A DNA stretch of 64,000 nt from the human T2T-CHM13v2.0 reference genome, Homo sapiens. Numbering within the stretch: the first letter of the stretch is position 1; each line of letters opens with the position of its first letter. Under the pieces are notes generated by a model. It searched no databases and had not been told where the DNA came from. It saw only the letters and a list, made by a program, of their open reading frames with translations. Of this stretch, positions 16,210 to 31,455 are shown one piece after another. The stretch lies in the NCBI RefSeq assembly GCF_009914755.1, contig NC_060930.1; one strand, written 5' to 3'. Position numbers and translations under genes: made by a program.

Positions 16210-17419
16210 AACTCAAATCTTTTATGCACAAACATTGTGAAACCTTTGCTTTCCTAACTCAGCAAGGAAACATGATGCTTTGGAGGCTGAAAGCCCAGCT
16301 CAGCCAAGAAAGTTTTGAAATGTGCCTAGGGAAGCCATGGGCAGGACAGGGTTACCCAGGGAGTCCCCAGACAGGAACCTGTGTTTACAAGGTTTGGCAT
16401 GAAGTGGTCTCAGGGCTTCTTACCAGCCATCTGAGCTTCTAGTTGTGTAACTGCTCAATGAATGCCACATGAGAAATGTTTCTGTGAAATAAGTGATACT
16501 GACCGAAACAAGAAGTCTCCTATGTATCTGCTATTCTTCTTTGGCTGATGACAATGAATAATGAAGCAACAAACTTTGGGAAAGTCAGACATTTGACCCA
16601 AAGGGTGGCTAATAAGAAAAATTAGGCTCTGTCCTGTGTTTCTTAGTAACAACCTCATAAGTTAGTGGCCCCATGATTACTTGAACTGTGAGGAATTTCA
16701 TTACTGGCATGAACTCATGAGTTTTATCAGCTGTGGTTACTTCTACATAAACTGTCTGATATTAAAACAAGCACTGGTTAATATACTTCTAACACACCAA
16801 AAATCAGTCAAAGACAGTGGTGGATATCTACTTTATGGACCTATTCTCTGTCTTAGTAGAAGCAAGTCTTTAGAATGAAAAGGGGGATACGTTTTCCTAC
16901 CAGAGGAGACATGAGTCCTTTTCTTGCCTCCTACTGGATATCCCAGAAAATATCATTTCTATAAGACATACCCAGAATGAGGGAACAACAGTGAAGAAAA
17001 TACAGCATTCCAGATAGGCCTTAGTTTTTGATACCGAACCACGCACACCAATTCTAGAATACCACTTGCATTTTGCCACATAAACTCCTTAGAAGAAGGA
17101 TTTAAGTTTAAGTCACCACTGTAAACCTCACACCTTTATGGCTCAGGGGTCACAAAAGAGCAGATCTTGAGACAGACCAAACAGGATTCAAATTCTGACT
17201 ATGCGTCTAGTTAGCTGAATGTTATTTGCCTCATGAGGTTACTGGGAAAATTATATTAGACTACATATATAAAATGTCTAATATAAAATGTCTAATCCAA
17301 TGCCTACTGGCAAATGCTCAATAAATGGCATTTATTTATACCATAATTATGAACATTTGCTGAATGATTTGATTATAACATGAAAAACACTATGAGGTAG
17401 AGAATATTTCATGTCTGTA

Positions 17420-18500
17420 CTTTAACATAATTTTAAATGTCTTTATTTTGCCTGATCATAAAGTAATGCATGTTCATTGCAAAATGTATTTAGAAAATAG
17501 AGAAGAAAGGCTGGGTGTGGTGGCTCACACCTGTTGTAATCCTAGCACTTTGGGAGGGCAAGGTGGGCAGGTCACTTGAGGTCAGGAGTTCGAGACCAGC
17601 CTGGCCAATATGGTGAAACACCATCTCTACCAAAAATACAAAAATAAGCCAGGTGCAGGGGTGCGCACCTGTAGTCCCAGATACTAGGAAGGCTGAGGCA
17701 GAAGAATCGCTTGAACCCAGGAAGTGGTGGTTTCAGTGAGATCGCGCCACTGCACTCCAGCCTGGGTGATAGAGTGAGGGAGGCCCTGCTGCAAAAAGAA
17801 AAGAAAATTTAGAAGACAAAAGATTACTCCATCCTGGAACCCAGAGATAATACTGTAAACTTTAGGCGTTTATCTTTCCAGACTTGTTTGTAAACACATA
17901 TATACACATATATTTATCATCTATGTACATAGCATATACATACATGTGTATTTTTCATCACAAAAGTGAGATCAGAATATTTTATAAAACTAACAGTATA
18001 GTTTAGACATATTCCCAGATCAATATGTAGATACATGTATATATATGTAGATAATATATGCATATTATTTATATATGTATGTCTTCATTGACATGGATAA
18101 CTGTTGCGTTATGTTCCATAAATGTACCATAACCCAATTCTCTATTATAAATAGTTTGTGATAAATATCTTTGTATCTGTGTCCTTAGGGACAAATTTCT
18201 AGAAGTAAAATTGCTGGACCTGAAAGCACACTCAGTGAAAGAGTTTGTTTAAATGCTTTTCAGGGCTGCCCAGCAAGTGGTAACATGAAAAAAATTTTAC
18301 AAAGGACTTGCCCCAGGCCTCAGGAACAGGCTTCCCTGTCTGTCACTGGCCTCATTCACTCTACTAGCTGTGTAAGAGCTCATTATACCCTCACCAACTC
18401 AGGGTCTCATCGCCTTTTTCATTTTTACCAAAAAGGTTGGCCAAAAATTGCACCTCATTTTAGTTTGCATTTCTTTGATAATTAACCAGTTGTTTCTTGA
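17420..18500 (-). mobile_element. Old L1 (L1ME-like) 3' fragment, interrupted by an Alu
   Basis: Antisense L1M motifs such as 'ttctagaagtaaaattgctgga' and 'ctcattttagtttgcatttctttgat'. Boundaries approximate. Confidence 0.55.
17509..17802 (+). mobile_element. Alu (AluS-type, diverged)
   Basis: GGCTGGG start, dimer. Degenerate TSD AGAAAATAGAGAAGA/AGAAAATTTAGAAGA. Confidence 0.93.
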
Positions 18501-21500
18501 TGGTTACTTGCATTCTCCAAACTTACAGGAAAAGTTAGACTATCAGGGAACATAAGAAAAAGTGGCACGCAGGAAAAAGAGGAAACTTGTGGCTGCCAAT
18601 TTCAATTCAGGGTTTCAGACTAAATAGACAAGTAAGTATACAGTCCTGTACTCTGCCCAACACATGCTAGTTGACTGATCTGGAAAGCACACTGATGAGC
18701 AAAGCAGCTGAGAAGCTCTAATAGCAGGAGGTGGGCTCATGAAAAAGAAGGGGAAATCTGATTTCTCCAGGAAATTGTGGAAATGATACAACAGGCAGTA
18801 GCTACCTTGACCATAATAATGACAAATTTTTGAGGATGTGGCAAAAGTCGTAAGTATGCTCAGTTAATGATAAACACAGAGGGAACCACTGGGGAAATTG
18901 GGTTTGAAGGATGGGAATGAGAATAAAGAGTACTTTGAGGAATAGAGTAGAAAAATATGCAGTCTTAAGTTATCACTGAGTTTAGCTTCTTAGAGTTAGG
19001 TTTCAAGAACTAGGACTAATTATTTGCTAGGCAATCAGGGCAGGCTGAGATCAGTCCTTGGGCTGTCTTGGGGAATGTTTGTCTTTTTGCCTATAAGGAT
19101 ATAAAGGCAGGCAATACAGCCAAGCTTCTACAAAAGAGCCTGTGAACACCAGAGGCAAAGGTGAATGCTCAAGCTAGGGTTAATATGAAGAGGAAATGGG
19201 GGATAGTTTCATGAGGTATCTTACATTTTATCTTGGTGTGCTTTTGCTGTAAGTTGGATGTATACTGCGAACACAAATTCATGTGCTATTTGGAGTCAAT
19301 GCTCCATTATGTTGTGCCCAACTAGAAGGCTCTGCCAAACTACCATTTTTTAATAGGTGTAAAATTTAAAAGAAGTAGAATTTATTCCAATGCTTAGCTG
19401 AATACGAAGATAATACCATTTCACAGACCAATGAATAACACGAATTATCCTTATTCCATTTGGAAGCATTGTCTACTTTATCAGCACTAGGAAATCCTAC
19501 ACTGGGGTTCCTTAACAAAATGAAAACTTTGGATTTTTCTTACAAGTTCTCAAATCTTTATCTGAATGTCAGAGGGACAAGTATCCATATTGTACTGAGA
19601 AGAGAGCTGAAAAATAAAAGCAAAGTGTCTAATTCTAGATTTGGTGGCAGTTCTGAGAGAGCGTAGGCTTGCTTTGACATTGCATATGGACAATTCTCGA
19701 AACGTCATTTATTTTCATTTTATTTTTAAACACTTGATCTATACAGACAGTTATTTGGATAATTTTGTTTCAGTAAGTTCTTTGTGCTCCTGATCTTTAT
19801 TGCTCATTTTGTATATGATCATTTACTTGCCTTAATTTTAATTTTTATTATTCTTAATAGCAGATGCCATGCTTCCTCATATGGTCTTTCTAGGCAGGCA
19901 CCAGGCTTTATGATCTTCTGCTTCTTTGACAGCTCTAGCAAAGTACTGCTGGTGCTCAATAATCCTCAAGGACTGATAATTAAGGCCTCAGGACAGATCC
20001 AAATCTCCATTTTCCGCAAGCCCAGGGAATCAAACAGGAGGATAAATCTCAATACCTCCTCTTCCAAGTCTCAGGTATGAAGCTAAGACAAACTGTTCTC
20101 TCTGAACTCTCTTTAGCCCACAGGTTTGTAAGCAAATGAGATAAATGAGAATATACACCCAAAGGTTAAGTTCTTCACTAATACAAAAATTTGGCACCAC
20201 CTCCTACCTCAAAACAAAGCAAAACAAAACAGGTGAACAAATGAAATCCTTCTCAGTATCAACAATAACAACAAATCTCAATTCATCTTGCCCATTTATA
20301 AGACTGTGTGATATTCACAATTTCATAAAACATTTGAGTATTTTTAGTACAACTGTTATACAGATGTTGAAATGCTAAATTCAGAAAATGGAAAACAGGA
20401 GGTTTCGTTGACATGTCCAGTTTTGAAAGAACAGAGAGTTCAAAATAAACACAACTAGGCAGTACCTGAAAGAAGCATTAAGGTATTAAAATAAAGTATC
20501 CCTGCTGAACTTCTACAAAGAGATGCAGAGAATTCCACCTGGCATGAATCCTGAAGAAGAGGGTGAAAGAGAAAACAGGGGCCTGGATTCCACATCTCGA
20601 TGTTGGACATAACATTTACAAGTCCCTTGCAAAATCATCTAGGGGAAAAAGTCTTCACCACCCTCACTCAAGCCCAAAGTGGCTGCCTTTCACTTCTGGC
20701 ATGTTTCTCATGCACTCAGATATGAGTATGTGCATATACATGTTGCTTTCTTTTTCCTGTCTGTCTGTATCTTTTAGAAAGTCTACAATGAGTACATATT
20801 ACTTATCCACTTATATATATTACATCATATAAACACACACATTTGCAAATTTTTAAAAAAATCATCACTTTATTTTAAATAAAATGTAATGTTTATGCAT
20901 CAGCTCTTTTTATGATTCAGGCTGCTACTTTACTTTTGAATTTCCAAATATCTTAAAGGTTTCGGCAAACATCTCCTATTCAGGGAGTATGTGGAACTCT
21001 GTTATGGGTAAGAGTGTGGACAGTAAGATGCAAAGCAAATAGCTCCAGTTTGGAAGCATTTTATGGACATTCCATTCTGGCAATTTATAGTTTTTGTTTT
21101 GTTTAGCCTTTTAGATAAGCAGTCTTATATCAACTGTCTAAGAAAAGCACCACTTTGAAATGACTAATTAACAGTATGCAATATTACAGTCCAAATATAC
21201 AAAAATCATACAAATGTTAATGATGAAAATAATTTGAAGATTCCAGAAGCAGATGTAATTTAGATCTCAAAACCAACTACATATATTGCACAATAAATTG
21301 GTATATGCCAAGGGAGAACATTTGTTTTTAATTAGCTGTGAAATTTAGTATAAAAGTAGAGTAAGAAAAGCATTTTTTCCAAGGTTCATTAATTAAATGA
21401 AACATTGTTTTTCTGTCACTTGGAGGTGTAAAATCAGCAAGTGACATTAATTCTTTTAAGAATGACCTTTAATTTTCTGTAGAAATTTTAGTAAATACAG

Positions 21501-22110
21501 CCAGGTAAAAATAACCAAAAAAAATCACTTGTAATTCCAGTAACAATTTTATAGTTTTCTTTTCGGGCACTTTTTCTTCCTGTGTGCATGCATGAGTGTA
21601 TGTTCTAAAGAGGGTCATTAAAACATGATTTGCTTCTTTGTTTTCCAGTAGAGAAGCTTGAAAAGACTTCTATAAATGAAGTAGATTCCTCAGCAATAAT
21701 AAAAATTGTATCAAGGAATCATAGTAACAGGTAACACTGATGGGGTGCTTGTGGGCCTGGCATTGTGTTCAGTACATAACACGAATTACCCCATCAATCC
21801 TCGTAAGAGCCTTGTGATGTGGGTGCCATTACTACTCTCACACAAAAGATGAGTAACAGATGCATGGAGATGATATAAATGCTCATGCATGATGAAAATA
21901 TTGAGGACTACAGAAAAGGCATGACCATCTTAAGATAGCTAGTCTCCTTAGACTAGGAGAGTCAAGATGAGAATTCAAGCCTCTTAACTCTCAGTCTATT
22001 CGTATAAAAGTTCCCTGCCTGATCTTAGTGACTAAACAGTTTAGAAAATAGTTGTCACAAAATTCTGAGTATTTCCAGTAATTCCTCAGTCATTCATCCT
22101 CATGAACTGA

Positions 22111-22463
<353 letters not shown>

Positions 22464-22589
22464 TGGGACACAGAAGTGATTTCTATCAACAGAGGCTGGT
22501 CCTGGGGACCCTGAGTAGAGATCCATGTGATTTGAAATGAATGGTTCATGAAAGAAGCCAGAGGGGGCCTGAGCGCCAGGCAGAGTATT

Positions 22590-22900
22590 CACTAATTCAT
22601 GCAACAAATATTTACTACTGAGAGCCCATGTGCTAGGTACTGCTTTAGGTTCTGGGGCAGGCACAGTGCTGAACAACTCAGACAACGTCCTGGTCCTCAT
22701 GCAGCAAAGCAGGGAGAGATTGACAAAGGACAATGAAACATTAAACAGGACACTGCTGCTATAAACGAAAATAACTCTGTATACAGGGGGTAACGAGTGA
22801 CGGGGGAAGGTATATTCTAGATCAAGTGGCCCAGGAAGGTCTTTCTGATCTGAGACATTTGATCAAGGAAGTGAAGAAGGCGTTTTCAGGGAGAAATGGT
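22590..22900 (-). mobile_element. L2 3' end fragment
   Basis: 'ttcatgcaacaaatatttact...gtgctaggtactg' matches the reverse complement of the L2 3' terminus. Confidence 0.65.
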
Positions 22901-23099
22901 GAGGAGACCAGAATGAAAGAGATGCTTGCAGGGAACGGGGTCTTAGCAGTTGCCACAGGCTAGGCCATTTAGGGCCTTTGCATTTGGGACCTGGGTCATA
23001 GGAGGGGTTCTGAATAGTGAGGTGTGGTTAATATCATTTGAACAGTTTCATCCATTACAAGAAATTAGGCACAAACTTTCTTGAGATTTTTCATTTTCT

Positions 23100-23476
<377 letters not shown>

Positions 23477-23505
23477 TAGATGGTTTAGACTCTTCTGTAG
23501 GCCTT

Positions 23506-23548
23506 TCTCTCTCTCTCTCTCTCTGTCTCTCTCCACTCTCTCTCTCTC
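23506..23548. repeat. Imperfect (CT)n microsatellite
   Basis: Read directly. Confidence 0.85.
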
Positions 23549-25105
23549 CAGGTCTACTTCTCATCTTTGAGGTTCATAGTTTCCTGAAATCCACTCCTCC
23601 TGCCTTTACAGTGAAGATTCTTGCAGAGTGCAATCCGGAGGGCTTGTCATGTCACAGAACTTGTGGAGGATGAGTCATGATTTTGAAATGTTTTTAATAG
23701 TGGTTTTATAACTAAAACCACTTTGGAGGCCAGTGACAATAAACTGAATATAAAAAGGATAAAGCACTATTGGTCCAGAATTAAGTACTGACAAGAGACT
23801 GTCCCTAAAAGACTGGTTTGGTATCTAATTTTCACTAGGACTGTATTAACTCAAATACTGTAGAATATTTATTTATTTTATTTGTTTGTTTCATTTGATT
23901 TTTAAAATAGTCTGAGGATCACGTTACAAGACATATAGTCATTGGGATGGTATATATCAAATTATATGAGATGGTTTTGAAAAATTATTCTGTCTTACGC
24001 TTTTTGGAATAAGTTATCAAATTTTAGGCTCAAGAGAGCCACTGTACCTATAGTTGAAATTTATTCAACTTCAAACATATTGAAGAACTAAATCAACTTA
24101 AACTTTTGTTTGATTAGCCAATAAAAAAATTTGAACTGCAACTTAAATATGGTGGAAATGGCTTCTCCTAGAGTTACCTTTAAATGCTAACTTTCAAAGG
24201 ATGAAAGCATTGATGGGTGTTTTGTTGTCACTTCCTATATAAAATCTTTCCTCTCTGTTTCCTCCCCTTCACAGAACACTCCTCCACCTCCATCTCTACC
24301 AGCTGTCTATCACAGCAGGTGGGCATCAGCAAAGAGCGTGTGTGTCTGGACATCTTCCCCGGTCTGTGGCACACCACCTTCCTGAGGGATTATTTAGTTT
24401 GTCTCTGAGCCTCCCAGCTCCTAACACAGTGCCCAACATGGTCCTGTTAGTACTCAGTCAGTGTTTATCCACTGGAAAAAATGAATACAGGTATAAATTT
24501 GTTTTATTTCAAAGTGCGATTTATTTGATGGATAAACGAGCATTTAAGACTCTTCCTTTAGGCATATTTATTTGCATTTCAATATAAAGCTTGGACATCA
24601 ATGAAGCTTTTATTAGTACAAATATGTTCTTTTGAAACAAATTCTGTGTGGGTTTTATAACACTATGTGTTTGGATTTAAACTATATTTAGTCTTAAATT
24701 ATTTAATGTTATAATTACTTTTTAAAAGAAATGCCCCAAACCGATTGGACTTGGAGTATGAGAAAAAGGACAGAACCACAAGAAACTTCTAACTTTCTGG
24801 CTTGGGCAACAGTACAGCTTGGAGAGACATTGACTGATGGAGGATACAGTGGTAGAGACCAGGTCTGGGGAAAAATGGAGAGGAATTCAGTTTGGGGCAT
24901 GTTGAGTTCAGGGCCACCTGTTAGGTAGGAGCTCCTTTTCTCTTCATTGTTAAATATCCAGTGACTGGAATATTTAATTCCATGTAAAAATACACTGGGG
25001 AGGAGATGTGGTGATTGATGTGGCTAAGTGAAAGGATGAATTCAGTTGGCAATCCACCTATAGTAAGCTTGCACGTAGGAAGATTATGATCCTATGGATA
25101 CTAAT

Positions 25106-25482
25106 TGATAGAGTTTGGCTGTGTCCCCACTCAAATCTCATCTTGAATTGTAGTTCCCATAATCCCAATGTGTCATGGGAGGGACCTGATAGGAGATAAC
25201 TGAATCATGGGGGTGTTTACCCCCATGCTGTTCTCTTGATAATGAGTAAGTTCTCACGAGATCTGATGGTTTTATAAGAGGCTTTTCCACTTTTGCTGGA
25301 CACTCACTCCATCCTGCCACCCCATGAAGAAGGTGCCTGCTTCTCCTTTGCTTTCTGCCATGATTGTAAGTTTCCTGAGGACTTCCAAGCCATGCTAAAC
25401 TGTGAGTCAATTAAACTTCTTTTCTTTATAAATTACCCAGTCTCAGCAGTTCTTTCTAGCAGTATGAATACAGACTAATACA
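25106..25482 (+). mobile_element. THE1 (THE1C/D-like) MaLR solo LTR
   Basis: TG...CA termini (TGATAGAGTTTGGCTGTGTCCCC ... GACTAATACA), 377 bp, ATTAAA signal. Perfect 5-bp TSD CTAAT at 25101-25105 and 25483-25487. Confidence 0.93.
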
Positions 25483-25989
25483 CTAATTATTACATACCTC
25501 AGGTTAGATCAGAGAATTTCCTAACTGACTCTTGGTCTTGACCTCAGTATTATATCAACTCACTACCAGTCACCCTAAAATTTAAATCATCACTTTTAAC
25601 CTTCCTCTGAAGTTCCAGAATTCAATCTGTGTATTTCTTCGTCATACACAAAAACTGAGCCTTTCTTATCTTTCCTTTCCCAATTTTTCCACCTCTTGAT
25701 AACCTGTTTTACAGTCATAAGTTATCACTATTTTCCCTTTTTTACCCCTTTTATATGTGAAACCATCACTTCTATTGATTCTTCATTAACAAGATCTCTC
25801 AGACTTTTCTCTTCTCTGTTCTTATCGTCACCATTCAAGTCTCTTCCCTCATCCTCACTCCCAAACTGATTATAATGTTTTTCTGATTTCTCACTCCAGC
25901 CAATTCTGTCCAATTCTATGAGAGGAGTAATCTTAAAAAAGACGTCATCACATAAATTCTTTCATGGTCACCCTGCTAAAGCTGCAACT

Positions 25990-26190
25990 CCTGTTTTATT
26001 TTTCCTTTTCAGCTTCTGCAATCTGAAATGCTCTATATTTTAGTTATCTTGTGTACTGTCTCTCCACAAGAATGTAAGCTCCATGAGGGCAAGAACATTA
26101 TTTTGTTTATTCCCATATTTCCCGCACCTAAAACAGTGCCTAGCACAAGGAGAGAGCAAAATAAACATTCATTAAATGAATGAATGAATT
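25990..26190 (+). mobile_element. L2 3' end
   Basis: 'gaatgtaagctccatgagggcaag...acagtgcctagcaca...aaatgaatgaatgaat'. Confidence 0.75.
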
Positions 26191-29100
26191 TAATACTCTC
26201 AGACCACAATTCATTTCCTAGATACCATTAAGGAAGATACCAGCTCCTCTGCATATGGTATTCATAACCCACCATGAGGTCACCATTCATCTGTCTAGTC
26301 CTATTCTTCAATTCCTCCATGAGAACTTCAGGCTCCTGCCAGGCCAGTTTCAATTCAGATTCTCATCAGTTAGTGTTTGCTATATGCAAACTCCTATCTT
26401 GGTCTCCTGCTATTCTCTACACTCCTTACCCCACCCCTCCCACCCTCTCACATTCCCTTTCAGAATCTTTGTTAGAAGGGTGCCTTCTTCCTCTTGACAT
26501 CCTTTAGAAATTTTTCAGCTTACTCCATGGGTGAAATCTTCAGTGACTTCCCTCATTTCTGAATTCCTACATAATTATTTTGCTTTTTATTATCATAGTG
26601 AGTAAATAATGTATTAACCATATGTAATAAACTGCTATTACATTTTTAAACATGGAACTGAAAAGAGTGCATAGATCACATTTGGTTTAACTCTCTCACC
26701 TTACACATAAGAAACCTTAAGTCTGCAGAGTCATTAAAAAACTAATATGGGTAGAATAAAAACTAGAATTAAAGTTAAAATTATCAGCATCCATTTATTC
26801 TCTCCATTAATATATTCCTTTGTTCTGTGTTTTATATATACATATACATGTGTATGTATTTGTGTGTATATATGTGTCTGTAAGTTTTCCTTAATAAAAC
26901 TGTAACTCCTTGGAATTATTTTTTGTAATTTTTTGTATCCTATACCTCTAACCCCCCACCAAAGCACCTATTAAAATGATTAGCGTCTAGTAGGTGCTCA
27001 ATAAATTCAGCTTGAAGGATTAACTGCAAGAAGACCTCTTTTTCTGTTAGAAAAGGATCCAGATGTTTAGAGGTATCCAGACACTTTGGGGCAAGAGTTA
27101 ATGAGGTCCAATTCAATTTCATCTCGGAAGTGAAACGTTGCTAACAGAAAATATTTGACTCGCTTAGATTTGGGTCAGGATACAATGCTTCCAAGCCTAG
27201 CCAAAGATCTACAGGCTTTTTTTTTTTTTTTTTTTTTTAACCAAAGAAACAATTGTATATGTGTTTAGAGACTCAATCACAATCAAATCTTCACCGAAGA
27301 AGTTCTGTATACATTAACTTGGCTATACAGCCTTTATCCAGCTGTCTCTTTTCAAATATACCCAGCCACCCCACCCCCCAAAAAAGATGTAAACTAAAAA
27401 TATCATAATAACTGGAGGCTGACATCTGAAATCCTCTTAAATTAAAGCATCCAAGTCCATGCAACAAATATTTACATTAAGCATAGAAATGCTGGGAAAT
27501 GGCTCAAAAAATCTGATAGGGCTAGTCATTAACAGACATCTTCAAACTGCACAATTCATACTAGATAAAATACCGTATCTACTAAATATCTGCTTTCTGA
27601 TATTCTTCAGAGAATGTCTGATGGTAATATCCTTATGCCATGCCAATCAACATAAACCTGCAGGAATCTGCAGGACAGAGAAGTAGAAGAGGATGAGAGC
27701 AATTCTGCCACTGTGTCCTGACAAGCTCTGGGACACATACTCTCTCAGTACCATCATCCCCCTCCTGCCTGTCTCCTGGAGAGTCTGGGCGCAATAAGAG
27801 GACTGAAGCTGATTCACATTCCTGAATAAATATCCAGGGGCCCTAGAACACAGAGCAGTACAGACTAATGGTGTTAAATAGCAGTAGCACTTTAGGGGTA
27901 AATTTTAATTTATCACTTTCATTTTAAGATGATAAAAGACTCTTAAGTCCGTTGAAATGTAGGTTGTACTAATGTTCAATCTAGGTAATTATGGGAAACA
28001 TAATGATAACAATTTAACATAAACAATAAAAACAGAACACATTGTCTGAATAATCTGCACTGTCAGTTGTGAACGAGTGCCAAATTTACTACTTTTGTGA
28101 AACTGTATGATTTGCTTTGGCAGGGTGATTTTCGTTTGCAACATTTGTTCTCCCTAACTGCTAGTCAGAAATCACTAATAAGACACAATGATACATAGCA
28201 CACTTCTCTTGACAGCAGACAAGTCATTTCATTGGGAAATGCTGAAGTTTATTTAGTAGCACGTGAACTAGTTTTACATGATTCCTGAGCCCAAAAGTAA
28301 TTATTGATATCTCTGCATTCTCGTTGTATTTTGTTTATATCTTCTCATAATGTTTATATATCACATCATTACTTGTGCTCATGTCTGTCACCACCACTAA
28401 ATTATGAGTTTCTTGAGAGCAGGATCTAGGTTTTGCTCATATTTGTGCCCCACTCAGGGCCTAACATAGAGTTTTGTGAATGTTAGATAAATAATGAGTG
28501 TTAAATGAATGAACAAATAAACTAATTGCACAAAAAACTACTGGCAACCCTCCATACTGTCTATAGGATCTGTTGAGGTTGACATTTGTATATTTCTCAT
28601 CTATAGATCAACAGAAATCAATCCAGGATCTATAAGTCCTTCAGTATTTCAATCTATTGTCACAATTTTAGTTTTCATTCTATCGCCCAAACTCTTGTGA
28701 AAGAAAAATTTAATTGTTATTTGACTGCTATGCCTTCTAAACAGAAAAATTCATTTATGGAATACATGGCAAGTTAGTAAAAGATATAATATAAATATTA
28801 TACAATAGTAAGAATCATAAAGAAGATATAACAAAATTTGCTCATTCTTATTGCATATACTTTACTGCATTTTTCTTTTGTTAAATTACAGTCTGTGGTC
28901 ATTCCTTGAGAAAGGATCTAGGGTGCTATCCTTTCTGTCTGAAAGTTTGCATGTCGGCAGAATGCCTTTTTTCATCTTCACATTTGAATACAAATTTGGC
29001 TAGATACAGAAAAATACATTTAAAGTACTTTTTGTTTGTTTCCTTAGCACTAGATGTTCTTGTTTTCAGAATTATTGATGAGAAGTTTGCTCTAAATCAG

Positions 29101-29727
29101 ATTATTGATTTAGAGTAATTTTTTTTCCTCTCTGGTAACTTTCATGATTCTTTTCTGTATTTTGTGGCTCTAAAAATTTTCTACAATATGACTATATGGC
29201 TTAGCACTTGGTAGCTTTTCATTCTGAAGTTGCATGTCTTATTTTTTTAGTTCTAGGAAATTCTGAGATATTATTTCTTAACTATTGGCTCCTCTGCATC
29301 ATCTCTATTTTCTCCTCACCAACACCTATTCATCAGATATTGGTAAATATAGAGCTATTCTCCATGACACTTTTCTTTTAACCTTTCTCTTTATCCTTTT
29401 ATCTCATATTCTGGAAGAAATCCTTAGCCCTGATCTTCCTAGCTCACCAATCTGCCCCTCGGTTTTTTCATTCTGTTATTGAGCCATCTGTTAAGTTCTT
29501 AATGACAACAACTATATTTTTTCATTTCCAAGATTTCCCCTTGATTTTGCTTCATAAAAGTCAACTACTGTTCTTGTTTTATAGATGTAATACCATATTC
29601 TATTTCTCTAAAGATATTAATCACTTTGGGTAATGTTTAGTTCTAAGGCCCTATGGGTTGTACAATCTTCTTGTTCTTATCATTCTCAGACTTTTGGCCT
29701 CATATTTCTAATTCCAGCCACACCTGA

Positions 29728-30128
<401 letters not shown>

Positions 30129-30603
30129 GCTTCCTCTTATTTTTCGTGAGAATAGGGGATGGGTAAATAAAGCTAAAGACAGCAACTGGTCTTCAGAACT
30201 TCTCTGGGCTCTCTGTCAGCTACCTGGGGCCCTTCCCTGTCTCTCCATTCTTAACACTGCAGAGGAGGAGGGCTCAGGAGTTCACAGGACAAACTGCCCC
30301 ACTACAACAGCTCTACCAAATGCTCATTGGCTGTTCCTAGCCCTCTCCTGCTCCAGGGCTCCACACTTCCAGACGTGGAGCAATTATTATGCTGCACCCA
30401 TGCCTTAGTCTATCCTTTACTCTTGTCCATCTCAAGTCCCACCTCTCGGTCCCTCAGGAATTCCTTGAAGTCTCTAGACCATCAAGAAGTCGGCTTCCTG
30501 TTTTTAGGTATGACGAGAGATCCATGTGTTTATCCCAGTGCTATAATTCTCTAGATTTGATACAATAGAGGGAACCTGCAGCACACTCAGTCTGACATAC
30601 TGA

Positions 30604-30967
<364 letters not shown>

Positions 30968-30979
30968 CATTGGTAGTGA

Positions 30980-31455
30980 TTGAATATGTTGCTTTTAGAC
31001 TCAGTTTCCCCCTTCCCATCTTTGACTCTGCATCACAAGAAACTACATTCCTAGACTTTTTTAGCAACTGGCTTCTGGATAACTTCAGCCAACAGGAAGC
31101 ACTGGTGGAAGACTGAAAGGGGGACGTGAGAGAAGCCAAGGATGTTCCTCTGGACAGTGTCTCGACTAGCACCTGTGGCTCTTCAGTGGCTGCAGCGGCT
31201 GTCACACAGCACTCAGTATGGTCTAGCTTCTGCCTGTCAGCTCCTGCTCTTAGGTTCTGGTATCATCACCTTCTCCTGTTGTCCCTGCAATCCTAGGGGC
31301 ATAGAAGCTCCTGCTGTTACTGATCTCTGGGGTGTTGCTTCATTTCCTGTTTAGTTTCTCAGCAAAACTGTCTCCTGGCAGTCAATTTCCTATATTAAAT
31401 TCCTTTTGTTAAAAGGCCTAGACTGGTTCTGTTTTCTTGGCTGGATCCTGACTTG
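30980..31455 (+). mobile_element. Old ERVL LTR (LTR33-like)
   Basis: 'aaactacattcctagact...cagccaacaggaagcactggtggaagactg...gagaagcca' and the 3' ATTAAA...ctggttctgttttc pattern. Family assigned from memory. Confidence 0.55.

Noticed and set aside
25375-25396. PRDM9 hotspot motif in the THE1 LTR
   Set aside because: The corresponding site reads GGACTTCCAAGCCATG, not CCTCCCTAGCCAC.
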